Source: Podarcis gaigeae
Taxonomy: Eukaryota
Assembly (NCBI GenBank): GCA_964106915.2
Contig: OZ066919.1
Reading direction: 5' to 3' (one strand)
Length of the DNA stretch: 64,000 nt
In this document: positions 23,778 through 36,993 of the stretch, piece after piece
Layout: each line of letters begins with the position of its first letter
How positions within the stretch are numbered: the first letter of the stretch is position 1
Program-made: the position numbers and the translations under genes
The notes under the pieces: generated by a model
Seen by the model: only the letters and a program-made list of their open reading frames with translations
The model's database searches: none
What the model was told of the DNA's origin: nothing

Positions 23778-24144
23778 GGGACACAGGTGGCGCTGTGGTC
23801 TAAACCACTGAGCCTCTTGGGCTTACCGATCAGAAGATCGGCAGTTTGAATCCCCATGATGGGGTGAGCTCCTGTTGCTCTGTCGCAGCTCCTGCCAACA
23901 GCAGTTCGAAAGCACGCCAAAAAGTGCAAGTAGATAAATAGGTACTGCTTCGGCAGGAAGGTAAACGACATTTCTGTGTGCTGCTCTGGTTTGCCAGAAG
24001 CGGCTTAGGCATGCTGACCACATGACTCGGAAGCTGTTTGCGGACAAATGCCGGCTCCCTTGGCCAATAAAGCGAGACGAGCACTGCGACCCCAGAGTCG
24101 TCTGTGACTGGACTTAACGGTCAGGGATCCCTTTACCTTTACCT
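23778..24144 (+). mobile_element. Sauria SINE, full length
   Basis: tRNA-like head gggacacaggtggcgctgtggtctaaacc with a B-box-like gtttgaatccc, the core gtgcaagtagataaataggtac, and an (ACCTTT)n tail. Confidence 0.92.
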
Positions 24145-25050
24145 ATGATTAAAATATTATTATGTCTCAATGAAAGCCGTTCTAAAAACATATCTTTAAT
24201 ACATTTTGGTAGCTGTTTTGTATTTTGTTTTTGTTTCAGCTGAGAAGTGCATCACAAAATTCAGAGGGGTTCAGCATCTGACTCAGAAAACATTTCCATC
24301 TATATATTAGTCTGGGAGGTGCAAATTAAATTGGTTAATTTAAAAATACTGACCATTCCTAGTACTGAATATCCATATATTTCCGCTGTTTCCTATTCTC
24401 CATACCAATCATACCCTGTCGTATAAAGATGTGATGACAACCTTTAGAAATTTGTCTTCTTCCTGTTCCTTTCCTCACTTATTTAATTAAAGTACTTCGG
24501 GGGGGGGATTAATGAATACAATCCCTGGCTTTCACCCATGAGAATATGAACCCTTTCAATGACTGCTAGCCTTGACACAGTTAAGAGCTAATCAGGATGT
24601 TTCTTTTGTGTTCACCTACCATAGATTTCGCTAAAATATGCAGCTAGCAGCAGTACAGTGAATGTCCTTCTAATTTTGAAGAGTGAAGTAGGTGAGCAGA
24701 CCTGCCTAATTAATTCTCTCAAGGGATTCTGGATGAACCTGAGGTCTCTTTATTTTAATTCTCAGCTATGCACAAAAAGCATGAATTGACTAGAATATAT
24801 TTGGAGAAAGTGTTGCATTTACTCTGCTCATTTATGTGATCCTTTCACATTTGAATGCAGTTTTGTACTGAAGCTCTTTTATGTAAGGTACAAAAATCGT
24901 TTGAAGAGCACACATGGCTTTTCATGGACACACACAAAATAATCAAACTATTACTAAGTCAGTGTACGGTAGGGGCTTCCTTTTCTTATATCTTGAGGAC
25001 AGTTCACACAACCTGTTTTCCCCAGTGGGTGGAAAGAAAGTGATTACTGA

Positions 25051-25261
25051 CAGGGGTGCCAACTTGAATAAAATATTGGGGGGGGATACGCTCCGCCCCA
25101 CATAATCAATTGCATGACATGCCGCGCGCGCCCACACACACACACACACACACACAAATTGAATGACAATGGCTATCAGCTTAGGCAAGGCCTGGGCACT
25201 GCAAATATTTTATTGGGGAGAGGGACAAAGTGACCTTGACCCCTAAGAGTTGGCTCCTATG
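25051..25261. mobile_element. hAT-type MITE
   Basis: Perfect 8-bp TSD ATTACTGA (25043-25050, 25262-25269); imperfect TIRs CAGGGGTGCCAACT / AGTTGGCTCCTATG; internal (CA)n. Confidence 0.88.
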
Positions 25262-27710
25262 ATTACTGATGAGTTTGAAACTCTCCACCTCATCCTGCCA
25301 ACAGATTGCTTGCAGATCAGAAGCCCCTAATAATACAAGTGGCTCTGTATTTCAGTTCTTCCATAAAATGCCCCAGTCAGCTTCGTTTGCGGGAGAAACA
25401 CAACCAAACTGACTAGAGAAATGCCCAGAGGTCCAAGAGGTATTACCATGGAGTATTTTTGATAGGTGTATAACAGGACCTTTGCCACACTGTTAACTCC
25501 TAGAGTCCCAAATTTGCTTCATCATTAATCTCTAAGGCTACAATGCCAACCCTTGTTTACACTAGGGAGATTTGAATTGAGCCAAAAAAGCCAAATCATG
25601 GCTTACGTAGTTATGGGGCAAAAGAAAAGCAGCCCAAATTCATATTCTGTGGCCCTTGCACACTTGCTTGTCCATGGTTAGCCATGCTTTGCATGCAAAC
25701 TGGGCCACCATATTAACCTGAAATAAGGAGCACCTTTAGGTGTCAAGCTCCAGATTGTCATGACTTGGGAAAAGTAAGTATAGTCTTCATCTCCCAGATG
25801 TAGTTTCCTGCATAGCATGTCTTGCCAGTATTCCTGGAAAAAAATATTTTTGTTGCCTTCAATCCCTACTTTCTTGGGTATCATGATCTGCCCAGTCCAT
25901 CTTGATGTACCCATTTTCAGTTCCTATCAAAGTTATAGTTAAGATATATTTATTTATTCAGCCTTCCTTTCCTCATTTTGTGCTTTTGAAGGCATGGTGC
26001 TGTGTCTGAACTTGGTAAACAAAATTGTTTTCTTCACTCTGAGTGCAGCGTAGTCCTTTTAAGGAATCCTGCTGTACTTGGATGAAATAACTGTGTCCTC
26101 TTGTCACTTGAGTTAATGAATGAGCAGGGATGCATCAAAGTCAAGTCAAGAAATCAGAAATGAGGAAACTGTGCAACTGTACAAAGCAGGAGCAAATTCC
26201 TTTCCTTAGATTTGTGTTCCCCTCACCCCACACTTTCTCTATAGCTCTGGGAAAAGGAAAGCGGTATTGTATTCAGCACATAAGTAGAACGAAGGAAAGT
26301 GACTGCACAGAATGAATAGCAGACTCTATATATGTAAAAATGCAATGGAATATTGATATAGTTAAATATATTCTGGTATATATGATGTTCTGCTTAGTTG
26401 CTGTGGGTTTAATGTACTTCTTCAAAGCTCATGCAGAAGCTATTTGGTTTCTCAGAGATAACAGTGATTTATTTTTGGAAATTCTGTTAATGTGCCTGCT
26501 TAATAGTACCGAGAAGTGTACTGGGAAATATAAAGGGTGGAGAAGCATTGAATCCTGAATCCTGTTTTGACAAGACCGAAGAATTATCACTTGTGACTGT
26601 TAGAAATTGAAGTTAGGTGAAGTAGATTTACCTGTTATGAATGCTGTCTCAGTTTCAATAATTAATTAACACTGGATGTGTTCCTTCCATGATCCGCAGT
26701 TAAGGTGTTAACTTTCGTAACCTGTATATAACCAAAGTTACAAAGAGTATTGGTGTTTCTTTTATAAAATGGAGTCAAATTTATAAAAACGGGAGTCTAT
26801 TTTCATGGATATTTTTGCCCCTGGCTTGAAAGAGCACCCCCATCTTAGGAGACATGAAGGGGTGATACACTGAAATCTGATAGGCTATGTGGCTATGTGG
26901 CACTGTTATGTTCTAATCAAAACTATGGTACTGATCAGCAGAGGGAGGAAACATAGTGGCTATAAAAACATCAGCAAAAATGGGTAAGGCACAGGTGGAG
27001 ATTTTTCCTCACATCCTCCCCAGAAGTATTTCATGTTCCCCAAGCACAACTGTAGCCTGAGAACATTTGGCACAACCCTAAATATTTTGTACACATTCCT
27101 CTTGACTTCAGAATGGAAATTAAGCACACCCCAGCCCAGTAACCCCACAGCAGAACAGCTGGTAAACAAGCACAAGACCAGGTTTGGGGAACCTTTGACT
27201 TCCAGATGTTGAACTACAGCTCCCATAATCTCAGGCCACTGGCCACCATGCTTGCTAGGGCTGGTGGAAACTGGAGGGCCAAATGTTTATTTGATTTATT
27301 ATATTTCTATGCCTTTTTTTTCATTCCAAGTGGCTTACAAACAGTAAATAACAATAACATGATAGAACTTAATAAAGCATCACAAATGCAGCATAAATCA
27401 CATAGAATAATTAAGAGATCATCAGTGAAACAATTATAGTCTATAAAACACTTTTAACAAAGCAACAGCTAAAAAATAATAAGGTAAACATCACAAGTAA
27501 AGCACAAGTCATATTATATGATTAAACAAATCAATGCAGCATTTATAATCTATAAAAGAATAGCGGCAACATTAACAAAACAGCAACCAGAAGATAAACC
27601 AAGCACTGTTAAATTCATACACACACTCTCCACAACCCCATAACTCATAATCTTTCACTCTATTCTGCTCATTAAAATACTCGCGCACAGAATGCCTATG
27701 GCTCTCTTCT

Positions 27711-27915
27711 GAAGGTTCCTAGGGCTGGAGGTGGCACAGCCCAGGTGGAAAAAGCCATTACCCATGTCAAACAGAGTCTCTCCCCCCTCATGGTTCTTTC
27801 TCTGGAAACCGCTCCCTTAGGAAGGTTCCTAGGGCTGCAGGGTGGGGCAAGGTAGGTGGAAAAAGCCATTACCTGCTGGCCAACACAGAGTCTGTTACCC
27901 CTCACAACCGTTCCT
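27711..27915. repeat. Diverged tandem duplication, period about 110 bp
   Basis: gaaggttcctagggctg...aggtggaaaaagccattacc...acagagtct occurs at 27711 and 27821. Confidence 0.85.
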
Positions 27916-27938
27916 TGCACTAGACATGCCACTTTATA

Positions 27939-27988
27939 TCTTCTTCTTCTTCTTCTTCTTCTTCTTCTTCTTCTTCTTCTTCTTCTTC
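27939..27988. repeat. (CTT)n microsatellite
   Basis: Seen directly in sequence. Confidence 0.97.
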
Positions 27989-30900
27989 AACTTACCATTC
28001 TAAAAGCAGATCTCAGATAGGGAAGTATGTGATTTATAATAAAGCATCCCTTCAAAGTTCTGACAATAACACATCTCTCACTCTTATGGAGTTTTTAAAA
28101 TGGGATCACGGCCATGTTAACGGCTTTGCAGAAAGGGATCATGGCTCTGTTAAAGCAACTGAATATTTGAAACAGTCCTCAGAATCAAGGCACAAACACT
28201 GCAACTTTAAAACCATTTGGTGTGCTGTATGCTATTGACTTTAGCATCTGACTTTGAACTTTAGAGTCTAAAGCATGTCACTTGAACGTACCAGCCACAG
28301 ATGCCTATGTAGGACTGTTCACAATATATGTTTCCACAATGTGATTATATTGATCCTTTTGCTTTGTGGGAGGTGCTTATTCCTTTTACTGACAGAAAGG
28401 CTTTAGAGCCGACAAAATTCACTCATTCAACTATTTGTGGAGCTCTAAATCTCTAGAGAATGGGGGGGAAACACTTTTGACAAATTAAATGCCATTTTCT
28501 TTTGTTGTGGTACTATACTTTCTTCAATAAATATAGTTTCATTTATTTAAGAACAGGATATCTGCTCTCACATTCTGAGCTTGTTGTTACTAGTGAAATG
28601 CTAGCATATATTGTGACAGCTCTGCCTATAGGATTTTTGGCAAGTTAATCTTGACAAATCCATATTATCTTCATTGTTGCAGTTTACTCTTCCTGTCATG
28701 TTTGGTTTTCCCCCCTCACATTTTAACTGTATTTTACCCAGTGTATCTGGACAGAAGAAAAATGGGCCAAGCCAGCACAGTGCCATAAGTTGCTGGCAAA
28801 GACCGTATCTTAATTTCCACACAGCTATATTAAGGAAATGGGAGACCCAGAGACTTTTCAGAGGTGACTTGGAAAGCCTGGGGTAGTCATTCATCACTGA
28901 GAAGAAAAGCTCCCACTAAGCAAGTTAGGCAGCCTCCTGAGTATACTGCGAACAGAGACCATTTTAAACAAAATCCATTAGATAAAGGTTTGTTGTTGTA
29001 GAGGAGAAGCCGGGGAAAGTAGTGTATTTCTTCATTGCTTGAGTAAAATGGGATTACCAAGCAGGGCTCAAATATGTTCAAACCCTGGAAGTCCTGTGTC
29101 AGAATCTAAAACGGCACTGACCTCAATCTGATGGAGTAACTGAATCCATGTGCATTGGATTTTTTGAAAGCCTCAGGCATGCTGATGCTGCTTGGCATGC
29201 TCATCTTGTCAAGAGAATTCAGTCCCTTCATATAGAAGGGATCTGTGGGGCCATGGCTCCTAATGATGTGGACATCTGAGGAGTACAAACATTGGCCTGT
29301 AGGCCTGGGTTCTGGAATCAGGAAAACCAACCTGTCTGGCTGCCTACATGCCCATATTTCCTCACCTCAGACAACCGTGTGAATGCATGGGCAGTGTGAA
29401 TGGGACCAGGAAGACCTGTGCATTCTATACACTTCCTCTCTTGGTGCTTCAAGGTATTGTGCCCTGTTCCTCAAACCCTGCCTCCAGCAGAGTTCTGGGG
29501 CCTCCTATTGCCTCTTGCGGTCATGTGGTAGTAAAGAGTTGCCCTCCTGCACTGCTAAGGGTTCTAAGGGGGAATCCTCAAAAGAAAAACCAGCATCCTT
29601 CAAAAAATTACTGGGCTACAATACATATTATTCCTGACCATGGCCATTCTGGCTGGGATTGATGGAAGTTGGAGTCCAACACCATTTGAAGATCCACAGG
29701 TTCCCCATCCCTGGTTTCATCTTACTGTATTAAGGTTTGATTGGTCTATAATATTTGTATAACCATCTGTTTAAATTATGTTGATCTGTCTTTAAATTGT
29801 TATTGAATTGCCATGAAATGTTGCTATATTTTATTATGCAATGTTCTTTTTCTAATGGTATGAGCCTCTTTAAATCCAGCAAAGAGTTTGCCATGTGTGA
29901 TGAATGCACTCCATAATATAGAAACATGTGCCTTTGTTATATGGTATGTGGATTTTGCATGATTTATCAATCAGACATGTCTTTCTTGTAGGAAATCATC
30001 TTCTGCAAAGCATCCTTTATTATTTCTGCTTGGAACAGAAACTATCGCTTCTTGATTCCACAATATGTTTTTGCAGCATATTGTCAACAATATGACCTTT
30101 TGGGGAAGTTAAAAATTGTTTTCACACTTCCAGCACTGCCTTCGTTAGCTTGACAGAAATATGTTTACAGTATAAAAATTCATTCTAAGGTGTTACAAAT
30201 CACCCATTGTTGTTGTTGTTTCATTGTATTCCTTCATTAGCTGTGTATCTCCAGGAGGGAGGAAATGTAGAAAGTGGAATTTTGCTTTAAACAATGGAAT
30301 CTGTATTCTGTCATGCTTTCCATCTCCCAAGAAAGGTATCTGAGAACTTACTTGTCTGTTTTTATTTATCTTGCCAGTGAAGTGTATTGATGAGAAGAAA
30401 CAAGGTCCAATGGTGTTAAAACAAGACATGAAATATTGATTAATTCATTTTTTTAAATTCCTTTTTGCTCCCAAGTATAGCCGTTTTAAGATGCTACTGT
30501 CAATATAGTACTTTCTAATAAACCTTCGCTATCAGAAGAATCCTCTATCTTCATAGTACTTTGGTAAATGACTATTATCCTTCCAAATTGGGAGCTTTAA
30601 AAAGCTCAAGGTAGCATCTTTTTACTGCTAAGAGAGGAAGCTGGTTAGAGAGAGCACAGCTAGATGCTGTTGCGTCTGACAGGAACTGTTCCTCCTGCTC
30701 TCTCCAGAATTTGGTTGAGAACTGTGAGTAGTTAGCAGTAAGTATTCTAGGTGGCTGGAGGCAATGCTTTTCATAGTGGCTGGAGAAACTCAGCAGACAA
30801 ATAAAGAGAAGGGTTAAAATAATGGTACAAAGCTGACAGTTGCAAGAGGCAAGAAACTGTTCTGCTTCGGTGTGGCTTTATTAGTGCATTGGAGTGAAGG

Positions 30901-31273
30901 ACAGTTACAGACTCATCTCTAGCAGGTGTTCTTGGAACAAAATCCCACAGTGTTAAATAGGACTTCATAGTGAGTGTAGCATTTTAGCCTGAATAAATCT
31001 CAAAGTGCAGAGAATGAAGAAACAGCAGTGGTTTCATTAAGGAGGAAAGAAAGAGCTTGACACTTAGGGTGTGTGTAGAGTTTGAATGGATCTTGAGTCC
31101 TGAGCTGAAGCAAGGTGCCTCAAAGAGATTTGGGTCTTATCAGCGGCGAAGTAGGATCTGTAAAAGGAAATACAAATCGAAGCATGGGTCCTAAAAGACC
31201 TTCATGGCACCTCAACAGTCCAGACTAAAAAAAAAAAAATGCTGCAGATAAGCATCTTCTAAAACTCAAAGTA

Positions 31274-31799
31274 CTGTACTTTTCCATGTATCAGACAAGG
31301 TTTTTTTACTCTAAAACAAGGTCTAAAAACTTATACATGGGTAGTGGGTAGGTGTGACGGATGATTGGTTGCAGCCATGAGCTGCAGATTGTCATTGGTG
31401 TGTGATTGGTAGCTGTGGCAAATGCTGCTTTGTATTGGCTGATGTGTGTTAAATGGGTGTGTGATTGGTTGCTGCATCAATTGCTGTTGTTGATTTTCTT
31501 CTGCTGCATTAATTTGGCTTGTGATCTCCTTCCGCTATCTGCGATTGGGCAGACACATTTTGCAGATGTGAGTGATTGTTAGTGAGTGATGTTGAAGGTT
31601 GGGTTAGTGATTTACTTTAATTTCCCCTCCCCCAAAATACCTCAACAATGTTTGTCATTCCCCCCACCCCACCCCCATAAAAAAAAGCTCAACAACTTCA
31701 GTTCACCCTCCCCCCCAAAAAAACAACAACTCTTAATTTGGAGTCCCCCAAAATAGGGGGCCTTATACAAGGGGGCGTGTTATACATGGAAAAGTACGG
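31274..31799. mobile_element. Non-autonomous Tc1/mariner (pogo/Tigger-type) element
   Basis: 18-bp TIRs CTGTACTTTTCCATGTAT / ATACATGGAAAAGTACGG (1 mismatch); TA TSD on both sides. Confidence 0.85.
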
Positions 31800-33585
31800 T
31801 AATATCCCCAAGCTTGTCATTTAAGGAATGACACCCGGATGGAATGATAGGGGAAGGGAGATAGAGAACTGGAATCGGGAGAGGGCAGATGGGGTGCTCC
31901 AATCCCAACTTCCAGGTCCAATTTTGTAATTGGAATGGGTTTCAGTTCTCCTGCCCAAAAACAACCCTAAATATTTATAGACACTTGATAGGTACCCAGA
32001 CCATAACTCCTGAAGCTATTTGCCTGAATTTGGCAAGTTTTATCCAATATGGAGGGCTAGTAGAAAGAGCGGGGAAAGATGTAGTCCCTTTTTTAAGAGA
32101 CAATGAAGCACCTTTGCACAATGTTCTGACAACCTCCTATGGTCATAATATGAATTCAGGCATTCATCCATGCTGTTAATGATCAGGTACCTGGATCAGG
32201 ATGCAGAAGTATTTTGGCAACATCCCATGTGGGGTTATAATAGCTCTCCTCAGGTATCCATTCATGTGATTCAAAATTAGAAGGAAGCCCGAAATTGGGG
32301 GGGTGTCTGCTGGCTCCATCCCTGCTGTCACGTCCCCACCAATCCCAAAACCAGTGTGTTGTGAAGGGAACATCTGTAGACAGGAACTGGCTGTATATAC
32401 ATAGGCTTCCTTCAGGATTTAGAACCCTGTACATCTGTTGTTCAAGTTTAAGAGAGAGAGAAAGAGAAGAAGCAACAATTTCATAGTAAGAAAAAGTGAA
32501 AGACCCAGTGAAAGGTCTTGGGAAACAGATGTAGATATGATCTCTTGCATGGGAAACCACAATGAACCTCATGTTACAGTTTGAATAGGTTTGGAATGGG
32601 GAGTCAAAAAAAGATCAAGCTAAGATTCCAGTATAACTAGAGAAGATATGATGCTCTGGGATTTTAGTCATCCCATGAATGACTTAGGTTTTTAGCAGCA
32701 AACCTAAGTTGTAACCATGTTTACATGTGACAGTAAGCTGAGACAGCCTTGCTACTCTTGATGACTATGTTGATAGGAATATGTGCTTATAATACATAAG
32801 TCTCCTGTATACATTACATTTTAGGTAGGGCTGATTACCTAAACACACAGCATGTGAATCATTCTTGAGCAGGCTTCCCCAACTTGGTTCCCTCCAGATG
32901 TTGGACTACAACTTCCTTTATCCCTGGTGTGGGTCTTTGGGAAGTTGTAGTACAAGGCATTTGGAGCACACCAGATTGAGGAAGACTAATCTTGGAGGGG
33001 GAAGCAGTTCTTGAGAAAGCAGGAGTTCAGCTATCCTGACAGTATGTAGCAGAATGAGTGAAGTGGAAACTGTGAATTTAAGTTAATTGTGGGGAAAGGG
33101 CTTCATCAGGGTCAAAGATGGCTACTTCCCAGAAGTTCCAAGTTCAAATATGTGTCATTTTAACGTTACTTGAAAGCACCTAAGTGTAAAGGTCACACTC
33201 TGGTGCTACACATTTGTTTCTTAAAGTTGTAAATAATTTTTCTACATTATCCTACATTAATTTCCAGATTTCAGAAATGCATATAGTCAAATCTTAGGTA
33301 TGCTTTTTTGCAAAAATAAGTCCAACTATGCAGAATGGAACTTGCTCTCAGGTGAGTGTACATAAAACCACAGCTTTAGTGTATAGCATTTCTTTTGCAG
33401 GCTAACCCAGAGAATCCAAGCCTGCTGGAGTGGGAGGACAACGATAAATAACTCGAAATAATTACATATTTTTGTCAGTTTGTCAAGTTGCTGAATGTCT
33501 TTTGTGCCAGATAACGGATGATATGTCTTTGAGAAAGTGTTAGCAATTCCTCAATGTGGTCTGCTGTGTGTTGTGTCTTTTACAG

Positions 33586-33693
33586 AATCCAGTCAGGATC
33601 CTATCTCAGTACTGGTTGGTTTACCTTAATTCTGGCTATGGATGCTTGCTACAGAATACATGTCTATGGGATGATAAATGACACCTACTGCAA
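33586..33693 (+). CDS. ST6GALNAC3: ST6GALNAC3 (alpha-N-acetylgalactosaminide alpha-2,6-sialyltransferase 3), penultimate coding exon, sialylmotif S region
   Basis: Acceptor ttttacag at 33585 and donor aa|gtaag at 33694 bound a 108-bp exon. It translates (R)IQSGSYLSTGWFTLILAMDACYRIHVYGMINDTYC(K), which matches the ST6GALNAC3 sialylmotif S. Phase is compatible with the next exon (AA+G = Lys). The exon is not in the ORF track. Confidence 0.95.
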
Positions 33694-34358
33694 GTAAGAT
33701 CACAGGAAATTATTTTCATGCATCTACAATTCTGATGCCTTGTCAAAATTTCACAATTCATTTTAATGCCATAAATCCAAGAAATTGATTAGGCAGGCAT
33801 CCCCCCACAGCGGTCTGTATTGACATGGCACTTTATTGTCAGTGTATTTAGTCCCCATATGCCATGTGGTATTGATTAAATAAAAGCATTTACAAAAGTT
33901 TAATGTCAAATGTCATGAAGAAGTTTTACAATGAAAGACTTTCTGCCAAATCAGAATGAAGCCGGGGACACGGGGACACATTTCTGTTAGCTTCTTACAG
34001 CTCCTGTGCAGTGAGAGTGTACAGTATAAGAAGCAAAAATCTATCCTCTCTTGGAATTGAGTAAACTACTGCAAATAATTTGAAGTGATTCACCCTGATA
34101 CAGGTCAGGAGATCCACCTGCACAAGCAGCTGCTGGATCAGAAACCGCAGGCATGAATTAGATGTGCATTAAAATGCACATTGAAATGTACAAGTGCACA
34201 GCAGAGGGTGTTCCTGTCTGCGTTGCATTACTTTCAGCTGCATTTGATAAACATTCTCACACAGCTAGTTATCAATAAGTAAATACCTTTTTATGTGCAA
34301 CTAATAATTATAATTAATTATAAATATAATAGAGGAAAATTGGAGTGATTATGGATTC

Positions 34359-34416
34359 AATAATAATAATAATAACAACAACAACAATAATAATAATAAC
34401 AATAATAATAATAATA
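34359..34416. repeat. (AAT/AAC)n microsatellite
   Basis: Seen directly in sequence. Confidence 0.95.
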
Positions 34417-34995
34417 GAAAATTAGTTAGACACACTAGACAGGCACACTAACTATTCTTACTATAAAGGATGCAGACCTGGCCAGGATGGCTTTCCTTTT
34501 ATGGCTTTCCTTGTCTCGGCTTGACAAGGTATGTGAGCCTCACCTGAGCCTTCTCCAGCTGAGGAATCACACACCTCCTCCCCGAGCTAACGAGCCCCAC
34601 CTGGGCTGTGGATCCTTGCCTGCCTTCCCTCCGAACTGGCAGCTGTAAGTTCTGGAATCCTGAGGGCAGGCAGTGATATGTCCTATTTTGCCACTTAGGG
34701 CAAAACAGGAAGTGCCACCCTGCTCTGCCACACCACCACCACCAGTGGGGTACTCACCACCACTGCACCATCTGCCGGTGGCGACTGCAGCTGTACCACC
34801 AGCTTTGTCACTTCCGCCGCTTGTGGAGAAGCACTGCTGGCATTGATCCCTGAAAGAGCTTGCGAGATCTCTCCCAAATCTCAAGACATTTTTGCTCTCC
34901 TAGACATTTTGCAAGACTTTGATGAGATCTCACAAGATCTTCCAGGAAATCAGCACCTATCCTGGCACCACTTCTCGGCCAGGATGCAGGCCTGG

Positions 34996-35453
34996 TGTCA
35001 GGATGCTGTCAGCTCCTGACTGGTTGCCCAGGAAAGTACAAAGACAAGGAAGAGTTTCTTTCCATCCTTTTTTATTTCAGGCTTTACATAGAGAGGCTAT
35101 AGAACCCAGCCTCTTGGATAATGGCTTTATCCCAAGTGAATCTCCACCTCCTGTCTCTCCCACTTCCTCATTCATCACTTCTACATGTGCTGCTATGTGC
35201 TCTTTGCTCTCCTACTTTTAAGACTTGCCGGGTTTTGGGAGATGGAGGGTCTGGAATGCTTTCTAATGACCACATTTCAGCCAGCTGCTGCTGCTCCTTT
35301 CCTATTATTTCCCAATTTTTCCCTTCAGCCTCTGAGCTGCCACCTCCCTCAAACCCCTGTTGTAAAACTATACTGACTTCCTCTTCCTCCTTCCTGGGAG
35401 TGTCAGGATGGGGAGGCAGTCTTCACCATTCCTCTTCTGCCCAGTCCCTGACA
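34996..35453 (-). mobile_element. Probable solo LTR (Gypsy-like) in the last ST6GALNAC3 intron
   Basis: Inverted termini TGTCAGG...CCTGACA, 458 bp, with a minus-strand AATAAA near 35070. No TSD was recovered. Confidence 0.55.
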
Positions 35454-36806
35454 GGAAGGAATGACATTTTCCCATCCTTCTAAGATCTGCTCAGCAAAGC
35501 TATTTATTCTCCTATATATGCAGATGATGGAGTTCTAATTTCACAGGCATGGTTGGGTCTTGAGCTGTTACTGATTGAATTTGCTGATTACTGTAAAAAA
35601 GAAAAAAGAATCCTTAACTATCAAACATTCAAAATCCAAAATTATGGTATTCTTCAAGAAGGAGATGAAAATCTTCTGTGTCCTGGATAATCATGGATTT
35701 GATCAAATTGATTTGTATAAATGTTGTTTCAGCTGGGGAACCCAGGGAACACTGGCAAAGGCCAAAGCAGAGCAGTCTGGGAGTGCAATGGTTTGTTTCC
35801 TTTGTACAAAGGGTAGAATATTTATCCTAATGGCAATTTGTATTTGTTTAAAGCAAAATTGTATCCCAGGTTCTTTTTGGAACAACTATTTGGTTTCCAT
35901 GTTTTAAAATCTCTCCAGAAGGTCTTTCTTCTATTTATATAGAAACCAAATTGTTTTTCGATGTTACTCTAAATTTAGAAGCTGGATTAAATTCTTTGAG
36001 CAGCCTGACTTAGACATATTCCATTCACTTTTGACGTACGTAATTGGGCTTTCCTCCCCACCCCCTCAAAAAACCCTTGATGAATATATCTGTATTTCCA
36101 AACACTTGTTTGCTGCATTTATATTTTATGTGTTCTGGTCAGGAGTCAGTTAAGGCTGTTTTGTTTTCTGAGGCAAAGGACACTATGCTCCCGTTCCTGT
36201 TTTGATGTCCTTCCTTTCCCCTTGATTTCCTGTTGCCATTGATGTTCTGCTTTACTTTATTGAAATAAATTCACTGGAAATATGTTTTTAAAAATGCTCC
36301 CGTCCCAATCTGAGGGTCACAGGCTAGTTCAGGAGCTGCATCATAGACCTGTGTGGCACACACTACTCTCAGAAGTTTTATGACATTCAAACAGTATATA
36401 GGTTTTGTTAAATAATAAAAAAAACCTCCAGAAGACGGGAATGGCTGAAGGTTCAGGAAGAGTAACCAGTGCTGTTGTCCTCAGTATCTGCTGCTTGAGG
36501 TGATTGCCTCACTTTCTCTAATGATAGGGCTGGCCCTAGTTCTGGTGTGCATATGAAATATTGTAGGTATGATGAACTTAATGAATAAATCAGCCCTGTG
36601 ACTATGTAAGTAGGTTGCAGGCTTAAACTTTATTATTAATATCCATTCATACTGTGCTCTGCATGTTCCAAATGTGATCTCCTTCTTTTGTCCAGAAGCT
36701 TTTACTGTGACTTTTATTTAATGTATACAGATGTGTTTATGGTAGATTTATTTACATGACCAAGAAAATATATTTCATTGACTTCTGTGTTTTGTCTTTG
36801 TTCCAG

Positions 36807-36993
36807 GTCAGAAGGCTTTAGGAAAGTTCCTTATCACTATTATGAGCCTGGAAGAGATGAATGTGATGAGTACTTTCTGCATGAAAATGCACCCTATGGA
36901 GGTCACAGGTTTATCACAGAAAAAAAAGTGTTTGCTGACTGGGCTAAGAGGCGCACGATAACATTTACACATCCTAACTGGACATTGTCATGA
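36807..36993 (+). CDS. ST6GALNAC3: ST6GALNAC3 last coding exon (motif III / sialylmotif VS region)
   Basis: Polypyrimidine tract plus ttccag acceptor ending at 36806. Translates SEGFRKVPYHYYEPGRDECDEYFLHENAPYGGHRFITEKKVFADWAKRRTITFTHPNWTLS*. The PYHYYE, HRFITEK and HPNWTLS motifs are characteristic of the ST6GALNAC3 C-terminus. Confidence 0.96.

Noticed and set aside
28900-29600. Possible DIRS element or processed pseudogene remnant
   Set aside because: No diagnostic protein motif recognisable by eye.
31890-32640. Possible L1 ORF2 remnant (129-aa minus ORF)
   Set aside because: No convincing conserved motif.
36778-36806. N-terminal part of the 71-aa ORF (MTSVFCLCSR)
   Set aside because: Intronic polypyrimidine tract; the real exon starts at 36807.
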